DNA from: Candidatus Binataceae bacterium
Lineage (GTDB): Bacteria; Desulfobacterota; Binatia; Binatales; Binataceae
Length of the DNA stretch: 64,000 nt
Assembly (NCBI GenBank): GCA_963752805.1
Contig: CAVWAA010000010.1
Location: 73,450 to 137,449 of the forward strand
Direction of reading: 5' to 3'
Positions 44,226 through 51,341 of this stretch are shown here, piece by piece. Both the position numbers and the translations under genes were made by a program. How positions within the stretch are numbered: the first letter of the stretch is position 1; the number at the start of each line of letters is the position of its first letter. The notes beneath the pieces were generated by a model, which saw nothing but the letters and a program-made list of their open reading frames with translations, searched no databases and was not told where the DNA came from.

Positions 44226-44357
44226 GATTCTTCGGTGGTTTCGCTTACGCTATGTCGCAGAACCCCCTCTTATCATTCCATCCTGTGCGCACGTCCAATA
44301 AGCCCTTGCGGGCCGTTGGGCAGACTTCTTTTGCTCGGCTCCGCTTCGCTGCGCCTA
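44226..44357. repeat. C-module copy C7 (long form with a diverged 3' third)
   Basis: gattcttcggtggtttcgcttacgc..cctgtgcgcacgtccaataagcccttgcgggccgttgggcagacttcttttgctcggctccgcttcgctgcgcctag; fills the gap between the gp36-like stop and the gp37-like start. Confidence 0.8.
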
Positions 44358-44358
44358 G

Positions 44359-44820
44359 TCAAAATCCTTTCAGCGTGCTTCTTCGAAAAATTCGTTGGGG
44401 CAGCGAGGGATCGCTGCCGAAGTTCTCGTCCATCACCACTGCTGGATTCGCAGGGTCGGCCGGCTCCTGGCTATCGGTGCTGAGGCCCAGCGTCCGCTTG
44501 CCGTCGCTCACCTCTTGCAGGAATGCGATTGCCTTTTCGTACTTGTCCTTGGCATCGGCGAGGTCGTGAATCGGCCGCAGCGAATTAAGATGATACATCG
44601 CGATCGCGCAGCAGAGCCGGGTCAGGATCGCCGGCGGGTCGGTCAGCGGCAGAGCGAAGCGCGATTCGAGGTACGCATCGATTTCGTCGGACGCGTCATT
44701 GAGAAACGTCGTCAGGAATCCGGTGTTGACCGTGGTGACGGTCGGGTCTTCGTTGGTGAGCTGCACCAGGTCCCGGTAGGGATAGCGCGCCTGCATATCG
44801 GTGACGATTGCGTAGCTCAC
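44359..44820 (-). CDS. Mu gp36-like protein (DUF1320)
   Basis: MSYAIVTDMQARYPYRDLVQLTNED..FLNDASDEIDAYLESRFALPL..PAILTRLCCAIAMYHL.. is the DUF1320 pattern. Confidence 0.75.
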   Translation of the reverse strand: MSYAIVTDMQARYPYRDLVQLTNEDPTVTTVNTGFLTTFLNDASDEIDAYLESRFALPLTDPPAILTRLCCAIAMYHLNSLRPIHDLADAKDKYEKAIAFLQEVSDGKRTLGLSTDSQEPADPANPAVVMDENFGSDPSLPQRIFRRSTLKGF

Positions 44821-44837
44821 GATTGCTGCTGCCTCTT

Positions 44838-45010
44838 TGTCACCCCGAGCGAGGCCGAGGGGGCAACGCGAAGCGATTCGGTGCTCGATACCGCATTCAG
44901 CGACGATCAGTTTGAACCAGCAGGCTGCCGGTTCAAATTGTTTGTCGGCAGCGCACCTCGCGACATTGCTTGCGCTTCGCGTTGATTTCTCGGCTCCGCC
45001 CGGAATGACA
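44838..45010. mobile_element. MITE-like element M5
   Basis: tgtcaccccgagcgaggccgagggggcaacgcgaagcgattcggtgctcgata..gtttgaaccagcaggctgccggttcaaattg..gatttctcggctccgcccggaatgaca. Confidence 0.85.
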
Positions 45011-45016
45011 CAAACA

Positions 45017-45886
45017 TCACACCACCGAGTTCAGTTCTTCCACCAAAGCTTTGAGGTCGAATCCGCTCGGGGCGGTGCCTGCCGCGTTTATCCAGTCGAA
45101 GGCCAGCTCTGCGTGGGCCTCTTCCACGTAGGGCATGCCGTCGTCGAACTTCGCCGCCATAAAGGCTGGAGTGACCGGCTGGAGTTTGCCCCAGGTTACG
45201 ATCCAGATTGTGCCGTCGCCGTCGTACTTGACAATCGGGACATCGTGGCCGCCGGCGAGCTGGGCGCCCGCTACATAGTCCCACGCGTCTCCCGCGTTGA
45301 ACTGATTCATCGCGCTGTCGGGGAAATTGAGCCCGAGCCGCGACGCGCCGAACAGGCACACCGCCCACTTGAGTTGATCGAGTTGCGTCGGATCGAGATT
45401 GGCTGAACCGTCGAGCTTTCTGTTCCCTCGCTCGCTGCCCAGCCATCCAGTCGCGGTCAGATACTGAATCACCGTGAGCTCGTCCGCGCCCTGGTCGGTG
45501 CTCGGGTCCTTGGGATTGTAGCCGGTGATCGCGCTGAATAAAGCGCCAGCACCTGCGCTGTGGTCGGAATCGTGATTGTCGCCCACGTTCGCCGTCCGCA
45601 GCATCTCCTGATGTCCGCAGTCAGCGATAGTGCAGTCCCCGACCGCATCATTGCCGAGCATCATCCATCCGCCGGGCGATTGCCGCATGACCTCGGTCAC
45701 CCAGTCGGGGGACGCTGCCGGCGCCGGGCCGAGGTCGGCGAGATGACGTGACATAATATGAGCACGCGCGAAGCTCGCGCGCGTAAATCGTGCAGGTTTA
45801 CGGCCCAGTTTCAAATTGCTACTTTCACCGACCGAGCATGTCGGCGCCAGACACGCGCTGGAATGACAGACAGTCCCTTTTGTCAC
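45017..45886 (-). CDS. Putative papain-like cysteine peptidase in the head module
   Basis: ..WMMLGNDAVGDCTIADCGHQEM.. (candidate nucleophile Cys) and ..AGGHDVPIVKYDGDGTIWIVTWG.. (candidate His). Assignment is from motif spacing only. The start is uncertain (45886, or ATG 45754). Confidence 0.4.
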   Translation of the reverse strand: MTKGTVCHSSACLAPTCSVGESSNLKLGRKPARFTRASFARAHIMSRHLADLGPAPAASPDWVTEVMRQSPGGWMMLGNDAVGDCTIADCGHQEMLRTANVGDNHDSDHSAGAGALFSAITGYNPKDPSTDQGADELTVIQYLTATGWLGSERGNRKLDGSANLDPTQLDQLKWAVCLFGASRLGLNFPDSAMNQFNAGDAWDYVAGAQLAGGHDVPIVKYDGDGTIWIVTWGKLQPVTPAFMAAKFDDGMPYVEEAHAELAFDWINAAGTAPSGFDLKALVEELNSVV

Positions 45887-45924
45887 CCTCGCGCGTGGCT
45901 GCCGCGCGAAGGGTCGCGTCTGGC
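45847..45924. repeat. R-family element R5 (two abutting ends)
   Basis: gccagacacgcgctggaatgacaga..tgtcaccctcgcgcgtggctgccgcgcgaagggtcgcgtctggc. Confidence 0.7.
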
Positions 45925-46059
45925 TGCTGCTTCGATCTCTTCGATTCGCCCGGAGAGCATCGCCGAAATTTCGATTAGCGGCTCGTTAATCGAGATCTTC
46001 GGAATCAGCAAATCAACTTTGTCTCGCAGCAGCCGCAGGAATGTGAGTTCATCGGTCAT
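45883..46059 (-). CDS. Hypothetical small protein (58 aa); C-terminus read from repeat R5
   Basis: Own translation from ATG 46059 (after GAGCGAGTTAAAAATCTGAC of C8): MTDELTFLRLLRDKVDLLIPKISINEPLIEISAMLSGRIEEIEAAARRDPSRGSHARG. Confidence 0.3.
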   Translation of the reverse strand: MTDELTFLRLLRDKVDLLIPKISINEPLIEISAMLSGRIEEIEAAARRDPSRGSHARG

Positions 46060-46063
46060 GTCA

Positions 46064-46097
46064 GATTTTTAACTCGCTCCGCTCACGCTCCGCTGTG
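46064..46097. repeat. C-module copy C8 (3' part only, fused to H10)
   Basis: gatttttaactcgctccgctcacgctccgctgtg. Confidence 0.7.
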
Positions 46098-46159
46098 ACA
46101 GGCTTTACTGTGTTCTTCTATTGAATTTTTAAAGACCACCGGCTAAAGCCGGTGCCACT
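46095..46159. repeat. Twin-hairpin element H10 (left arm degenerate)
   Basis: gtgacaggctttactgtg..caccggctaaagccggtgccact. Confidence 0.75.
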
Positions 46160-46181
46160 TAGAGCTCCACTAGTGCTTCTC

Positions 46182-46712
46182 CTAACGAACGACGGCCGGG
46201 CCCAGGGTCATTACAATGCCCGGTACGCCTGCCACTGCTGCGCAGGTCGCAACCACCGTCTCGCTGTAGGGCCCCTCACTCGCATTGTTATAGGTCACCA
46301 CAGCGGTAATGTTGGCGGTGCCCACCGCGAGCCCGTGAAGCATCGCGGTCATGCCCGAGGGTGCATCGACGGCCGCGACTGCTGGATTGTCAGATGTGAC
46401 CGCCAGCGAGGCGAGGGTTGGGTCGATTGCGGTAAGGGTCGGCGGCGTGGCGCCGTCGGTCTTTTCGACCGTAATCAAATAATCGTCCAGGTCAAGGATA
46501 GAAAAAGAAGGTACTACTGCTGCCATTCGACTCGCACCTCCATGCGGAACTTTCGCGATATTCATCACGATGCCCGCGCTGCTTTGTTCTGCCGCGACCA
46601 ATTCCGCGACAGCGCTGTTCAATGTAGTTAGCGCGCTGAGGATCTCATTCAGCGCGGCGGTCTGCGTCTTCAGCTCCGCCAGGATCTGGTTGAAAATCCA
46701 GGTGTCCGCCAT
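46182..46712 (-). CDS. Head-associated protein with an N-terminal coiled coil and a C-terminal Ig-like (Big_2-type) domain
   Basis: MADTWIFNQILAELKTQTAALNEILSALTTLNSAVAELVAAEQ.. then ..LASLAVTSDNPAVAAVDAPSGMTAMLHGLAVGTANITAVVTY.. (Big_2-like). Confidence 0.55.
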   Translation of the reverse strand: MADTWIFNQILAELKTQTAALNEILSALTTLNSAVAELVAAEQSSAGIVMNIAKVPHGGASRMAAVVPSFSILDLDDYLITVEKTDGATPPTLTAIDPTLASLAVTSDNPAVAAVDAPSGMTAMLHGLAVGTANITAVVTYNNASEGPYSETVVATCAAVAGVPGIVMTLGPAVVR

Positions 46713-46728
46713 TCTGTCGTTTCCGCCT

Positions 46729-46822
46729 CTGTCACCCTCGCGTGGCTGCCGCGAAGGGTCCCGCGTCCTCGCTTCTGCGTCTCGGGATTCCTCGCGCGCC
46801 AGACACGCGCGGGAATGACAGA
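46729..46822. mobile_element. R-family element R6 (complete, ~94 bp)
   Basis: ctgtcaccctcgcgtggctgccgcgaagggtcccgcgtcctcgcttctgcgtctcgggattcctcgcgcgccagacacgcgcgggaatgacaga. Confidence 0.8.
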
Positions 46823-46832
46823 CAGGCCTTGC

Positions 46833-47828
46833 TTATGCGAGCCATTCGCTGACTATCAGGGTTGCGTCGTTCAGGTAGATATTCGCCACTGGGATCGCTG
46901 CTTGATCGCGCCACGCACCGCCGGTCGTCCTGCGCCGAAGGTCGCATGCAGGAGCTGCCTGGCAACCTCCTCGAGGGCTGGCGGCACTACCAGGAAACGT
47001 GTGGTCGGCGGCCCGTTCCAGGCGCCGAACGGCACGCCTGCGTCGCTCTTGATCCCGCGCAACGCTGCCACTGCGGCCCCGTAATTCGCCGGGTTCGAGA
47101 GGTCGGTATTGCTTGCATAGGTCAACTGCCACAGGCCGACGCCGGCGTTGCATCGCACGTCCACGCCGTAGCGGAACAGCCGCTGCGAGAATACCGCTTC
47201 GTCAGTCACGGTGTTCATCCGGCTCACTGCGTATTCGCGCCGCTTCTGGAAGATGAAGGGCTTGATCGGCCGCGCCCCGTCGACCAGGTACCAGTAGGGG
47301 CCGGTGCCGGTCGAATTGACGTTCGAGTAAGTGGCACCGGACGAGGATTCGCCCGCCAGTCCAGCCGGATGCGTTGCGTAGTAGAGATTGTTGCCGTCGT
47401 AGCAAATCGGCACCGGGATCGGTAATTTTGCCAATCGTCACAGGGGCCCCAGTGATCGCTGCCTTCATCATGCCGAAGACCAGTTGGTCGGGATGGGTCT
47501 TCGCGTCCCATCCGAGCAGTTCGACCGCCGGCGCATAGACGCCGTACTGGTCGTCTTCGATCCGTTCGCGCTCAAGGCTGATAGTGTCTTCGAAGGTCTT
47601 ATTGACGATAGTGTAGGTATGGGCTTCGAGCGTTTGCATTATCCGGTCGCCGACCCATTCGCGGAACCCGGTGGTGCGGCCGAGCCAGGGATAAATCGTC
47701 TGGCTGGTGGACGACGGCACGATCGAACAGATCTTGTCGTAGTAGGAGGGCGCCGCCTCGAAGCCCTTCTGAAAGATCATGTCGAACCCGGTGAAGAGGG
47801 TAGTGAGGTTTTGCGCAGATACTTCCAT
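46833..47828 (-). pseudogene. Major capsid protein, Mu gpT-like, split over three frames
   Basis: MEVSAQNLTTLFTGFDMIFQKGFEAAPSYYDKICSIVPSSTSQTIYPWLGRTTGFREWVGDRI.. (gpT N-terminus, track 47202..47828), then ..PIPVPICYDGNNLYYATHPAG..KPFIFQKRREYAVSRMNTVTDEAVF.. (track 46871..47434). The true C-terminus AIPVANIYLNDATLIVSEWLA is in a third frame (end of track ORF 46833..47153). Confidence 0.8.
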
Positions 47829-47843
47829 GATTGTTTATTCCTT

Positions 47844-47907
47844 AGTGCGCACCGGCTTTAGCCGGTGGTCTTACAAAAGAAGAACACAGGCTAAAGCCTG
47901 TGCCACT
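47844..47907. repeat. Twin-hairpin element H11
   Basis: agtgcgcaccggctttagccggtg..cacaggctaaagcctgtgccact. Confidence 0.9.
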
Positions 47908-48107
47908 TAATCCACCCTCGGAGTGCCGATTCCTGTGATTTGTTGCGTGGCCACGTACCTGCCGTAAATCGCAAACAGGGCGCCGCCTAGGGCGGTTACG
48001 TTAGCTGGGGTCGGTCCACCCTGCGTGAACATGTCCGCCACAGCGCCGACCGCAGCGACGATTCCACCCCACATTGCTTTCGATGCGTACCAGGATTTTG
48101 AATCCAT
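47907..48107 (-). CDS. Small two-TM membrane protein
   Basis: MDSKSWYASKAMWGGIVAAVGAVADMFTQGGPTPANVTALGGALFAIYGRYVATQQ.. Intact, with SD AGGAAATT from the edge of H12. Confidence 0.45.
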   Translation of the reverse strand: MDSKSWYASKAMWGGIVAAVGAVADMFTQGGPTPANVTALGGALFAIYGRYVATQQITGIGTPRVD

Positions 48108-48122
48108 AATTTCCTAGCCTTG

Positions 48123-48194
48123 GTGGCACAGGCTTTAGCCTGTGTTCTTTACTCTCTTAACTTTAAAAGACCACCGACTAAACCGGTGCCACTT
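48123..48194. repeat. Twin-hairpin element H12
   Basis: ggtggcacaggctttagcctgtg..caccgactaaaccggtgccact. Confidence 0.85.
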
Positions 48195-48206
48195 CAGACA
48201 AACTCA

Positions 48207-48718
48207 TTATGCTGTCGCCAGGGCGAACTGCTGGAAGAAGTCGACGTACACCAGGCCACCGTCGATTGCGATCACGGTACCTGCGACAGGCGCCGCGGCG
48301 GTGTTGGTCGAGGTGCTGACCGTATGATCGTCAGCGCAATAAACCAGCGACCCGATATTCGCGAAGGTGATGCTAGAATCGTTGTCCATGCCGAACACGC
48401 CGCGGGCAACCTTCACCGAGATCGCGCCGGCTGCGCCGACAACGCCGGCTGCGCCTGGAAACAAGAATCCGTTGCCCGTCTGATTGAGCGCGTTGACGCC
48501 CGGCGGCAGATCGCCGCCGGCATAAACGGTCTCAAGGATACCAAGAACCTTCAGCGTAGCTCCACTGCAGTGCCTGGTACGGCATAGCCGGTAGTGGTGA
48601 TGCAGACCATGCCACCGACATAGAGGCTGGTCGACGCTTGCACAGGGATCAGCCCGTAATGCTGGCGCCGGCTGCCGGACCATTCGGGGGTGTTTCGTGA
48701 TGCACTCAGTGGTGCCAT
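48207..48718 (-). pseudogene. DUF2190-like head decoration protein, frameshifted near 48570
   Basis: Own translation from ATG 48718: MAPLSASRNTPEWSGSRRQHYGLIPVQASTSLYVGGMVCITTTGYAVPGTAVELR(stop), then in the +1 frame GATLKVLGILETVYAGGDLPPGVNALNQTGNGFLFPGAAG..VARGVFGMDND.. (track ORF 48207..48683). Confidence 0.55.
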
Positions 48719-48733
48719 TTTTGTTTTTCCTTA

Positions 48734-48801
48734 AGTGGCCCAGGCTTCAGCCTGTTTTCTTTTTCTCTAACTTAAAGAACACAGGCTAAAGCCTTGCCAC
48801 T
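48734..48801. repeat. Twin-hairpin element H13 (degenerate)
   Basis: agtggcccaggcttcagcctgtt..cacaggctaaagccttgccact. Confidence 0.75.
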
Positions 48802-48864
48802 AAAGAGTTTCGGCCTGCTTGCCCGAATTGGTATCATCAAGCCGCAGACTCGGGCGCGGGAATC

Positions 48865-50346
48865 TCAGGTCCCACTTCGTCTGCACCGCGGCGCATTTTC
48901 GAATTGTTCTTTGCTTTCCAGCCCGAGGTTGGCGAAGATGTCGATCTGATTCTGATTGAAGATAGAAGCGCCCTGGGGAGCATCGCCGATGCGCCCGGTG
49001 AAGGTGCCGTCGGCGCCCGCCTGCAGAATCCTGGGCTGCGCACCGATGAACTTCGCGAAGCCGTCTGCATCCGCCAGCGCATAGGAAATCATCACGTCGC
49101 GCTGGACCGGCAGCAGGCGGCCGGCGTGAATCGCAGCGTCAACCTTCTGAGTAGCGGCATCTCTGGCTCGGTTGGCTTCCAGGTCACTCATCTTGGCCAT
49201 GAGTTCAATGACTCGCGGATGCCTGGCAACCGCCTTCTCCAGCTCCGCCTTAGTCATCGCAGAACCATCACCTTTAGCCTCCCCCGCAAAGGAGCGGGCG
49301 AGGGGCCTAATCGCGCTCATCTTCGTTACTTCGCTGCTGCGCTTGGCGAAGCGTTCTTTCTCAGCCGCGTGCTTGGCCGCCAGCTCGGCTTTTTCGCCGT
49401 CGGTGGAGCACTTGGCCATTTCGTCGGTCTGGCGCGCCGCCATCTGGTCGGGGTTCTCGTTGCCGTAGGGATCGTTTGGATCCTGGCCGGCGGCGGTCTC
49501 GCCATCATCATCACCGCCGTCATCATCCTCACCGTCACTACCTGCCCCGAGGGCCGCGCCAGCCATTTCGAGGATTTTTTGCGGGGGCATGTCGGGGAAG
49601 AGATCTTCGAGTCCGGCGACGATATCGCTGATGCTTTTTTCGCCCGCCGCCATCTTTTTCTTTGCCATGGTAATGACGGAATTAATTCCGTCCTCCTTAA
49701 TCGCCTTAATCGCGTGTGCAATTGCAGGTAAATTCACCAGCGCGGGATTATTCGTGAGGGCCGCGCGCAGGATACGCTCGACCTTGCCGTCTTTATTGTG
49801 CTCGAACACCGGGGAGACGTAGCGGTATTTCTTGGCGATGACCGCTTCGGCCGCATCGGCGGTCCATTCGATCCGCGCGAAGATCGCACCGTTCTCGACC
49901 TTGAACTGCTTGATCCACCCCGCTGCCGGCGCCGGCCGCCCCTCGGGGGCAGCGAGGTCGGTGCTGTGGTCATAATCGAGCACCATCCCGACCTGCGGCA
50001 TTCTCGCAATACTCGCGGCGATGATTGAATCCGGGTCCTGGTTATCGAAGGGCCCGCGCCCATCGACCGCAGAGAACTTGCCGGCGGGGATGAGCTGGAG
50101 CCATTCGGGGGCAGCGTCAGTGTTAATTGCAACTGCACAGGCAGAGACAAGGGCAGCACTTTCAGCCTGGCTCCCTTCCTCAGAGTCGCTCTCACCTCGC
50201 TTCTCTCGCGACTGGGCGGGAGAGGCACAGGCTAAGCAGGCGAGAGGCAGAGCGGCGGAGGCGTGTTTGTAACCGCCGGTGGGTCCTTTAACCTTCGGCT
50301 GCGGTAACGGGCCTTCGTGCTTGTTGCCAAAGCGTTTCGCCGCCAC
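48865..50346 (-). CDS. Mu gpI-like head maturation protease plus scaffold region, with an in-frame palindrome element between the two parts
   Basis: ..APEWLQLIPAGKFSAVDGRGPFDNQDPDSIIAAS..VLDYDHSTDLAA..AAGWIKQFKVENGAIFARIEWT..YRYVSPVF is the Mu-like protease pattern. IKEDGINSVIT is encoded by P14 and is followed by MAKKKMAAGEKS.. and an acidic, helical scaffold-like half. The true start is uncertain; the first ~60 codons contain repeat-like sequence (50226-50245). Confidence 0.75.
   Translation of the reverse strand: MAAKRFGNKHEGPLPQPKVKGPTGGYKHASAALPLACLACASPAQSREKRGESDSEEGSQAESAALVSACAVAINTDAAPEWLQLIPAGKFSAVDGRGPFDNQDPDSIIAASIARMPQVGMVLDYDHSTDLAAPEGRPAPAAGWIKQFKVENGAIFARIEWTADAAEAVIAKKYRYVSPVFEHNKDGKVERILRAALTNNPALVNLPAIAHAIKAIKEDGINSVITMAKKKMAAGEKSISDIVAGLEDLFPDMPPQKILEMAGAALGAGSDGEDDDGGDDDGETAAGQDPNDPYGNENPDQMAARQTDEMAKCSTDGEKAELAAKHAAEKERFAKRSSEVTKMSAIRPLARSFAGEAKGDGSAMTKAELEKAVARHPRVIELMAKMSDLEANRARDAATQKVDAAIHAGRLLPVQRDVMISYALADADGFAKFIGAQPRILQAGADGTFTGRIGDAPQGASIFNQNQIDIFANLGLESKEQFENAPRCRRSGT
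49670..49698. repeat. Palindrome element P14, in frame inside the protease/scaffold ORF
   Basis: gtaatgacggaattaattccgtcctcctt; read as KEDGINSVIT. An ATG follows 8 nt after the hairpin on the coding strand. Confidence 0.9.
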
Positions 50347-50640
50347 GCGCAGGAGTCTCGCACCATGCTGCCCGCGGCGGACGGACTGATTCGAAGAGGG
50401 CGCCGCCCAAACAAGTCAAAATCCCGTATACTTCCTTACAGCTGCCGACCGCCAGACGTCCGCGATAACCCGACGCATTGCCCGAGCCAAGTCTGTAGAT
50501 GTTGAGCGCGGCTGAGCATAAAGGTTCGCGAAGGCTATAGGATGCAGGGGTGCTCGCTATGGCAGCAGCTACGGCTCGACCACTTGGACGCGCTCTCATT
50601 GGCTTCCATCCTGATGACTCGGCCCGACTGACAAAAGAGG

Positions 50641-50651
50641 TGACAATGTCA
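50641..50651. promoter_or_regulatory. Operator-like palindrome TGACA-A-TGTCA upstream of the head-gene block
   Basis: GGTGACAATGTCACC is a perfect 15-bp palindrome about 290 nt upstream of the protease ORF start. Confidence 0.35.
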
Positions 50652-50856
50652 CCCCTATGCGGAACGATGTGCGGAATCGTAGAAGGCGCAGGTTAAGAGT
50701 GGTCAGCGCTGCAGTGCGGCCGACATCTGCTGACCGCCGATAGTAACTACCTCAGCGCGGCAATGCGCACTGGCTATAATCGGCCGGGGAGTTTAGTTGA
50801 CTTTGCCGTTTGATCTGTGAGGCCCGGTCTCGCGGATGACGAAGGGCCGAACCTAA

Positions 50857-51297
50857 TCAGATTTTCCGCTCGCTCGCGCAGACGGCTTCATAGACCCGTG
50901 CTAATTCGCGCGCGCTCAGCCTTTCGAGTGTTACAACAGCGCGCCCGAGCACGCGCGCGGCGAGTTCGCAAACTTCATTGTTCGAGCGCCGCGTCTTAGC
51001 CGCCTTGATGCGAATCGCGTCGAGGATCTGCTGGGGCCACTGCCCATTGCGCGCCGCCGGCAAGCCAGGATCGAGCGATCCTCCATTCACTCTCACCACA
51101 CCGCTCGTTCCAAAGTTGATCAGGTTATTGTCGCCGCGGATAGTGATCTGCGGGACCTTCAGCTTGCGCTCGGCAGGGCTGGCGGTACGAAGCGGTTCGA
51201 AGCTTTGCGGCCTAGGCTTTGCCAACTCTTTGTCATGTTGCATTAACTTGTAGCTTCCCCCCTCGACAATCTTAGCCCGGCGGCGCGTAAAGTCCAC
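50857..51297 (-). CDS. Hypothetical protein (146 aa) downstream of the HTH gene
   Basis: Intact ORF MDFTRRRAKIVEGGSYKLMQHDKELAKPRPQ..ITIRGDNNLINFGTSGVVRVNGG... No family recognised. Confidence 0.45.
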   Translation of the reverse strand: MDFTRRRAKIVEGGSYKLMQHDKELAKPRPQSFEPLRTASPAERKLKVPQITIRGDNNLINFGTSGVVRVNGGSLDPGLPAARNGQWPQQILDAIRIKAAKTRRSNNEVCELAARVLGRAVVTLERLSARELARVYEAVCASERKI

Positions 51298-51341
51298 ACC
51301 TTTTTTGGCGCCAGCCGCTTTTACGCTCGAAGTAGTAAGCG

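Noticed and set aside
13792-48718. Frameshifts as programmed ribosomal frameshifting
   Set aside because: The classical phage PRF site (tail chaperone upstream of the tape measure) is absent. The shifts occur in capsid, portal, fibres, gpD, gpU and other genes where PRF is not known. I saw no slippery heptamers at the junctions I inspected. Decay or sequencing indels fit better.
15400-50300. Could the many short repeats be a CRISPR array or arrays?
   Set aside because: Spacing is irregular (tens of nt to several kb) and the intervening sequences are phage genes rather than uniform spacers. Several unrelated repeat families are interleaved, most units are palindromic or TIR-type, and no cas genes are present.
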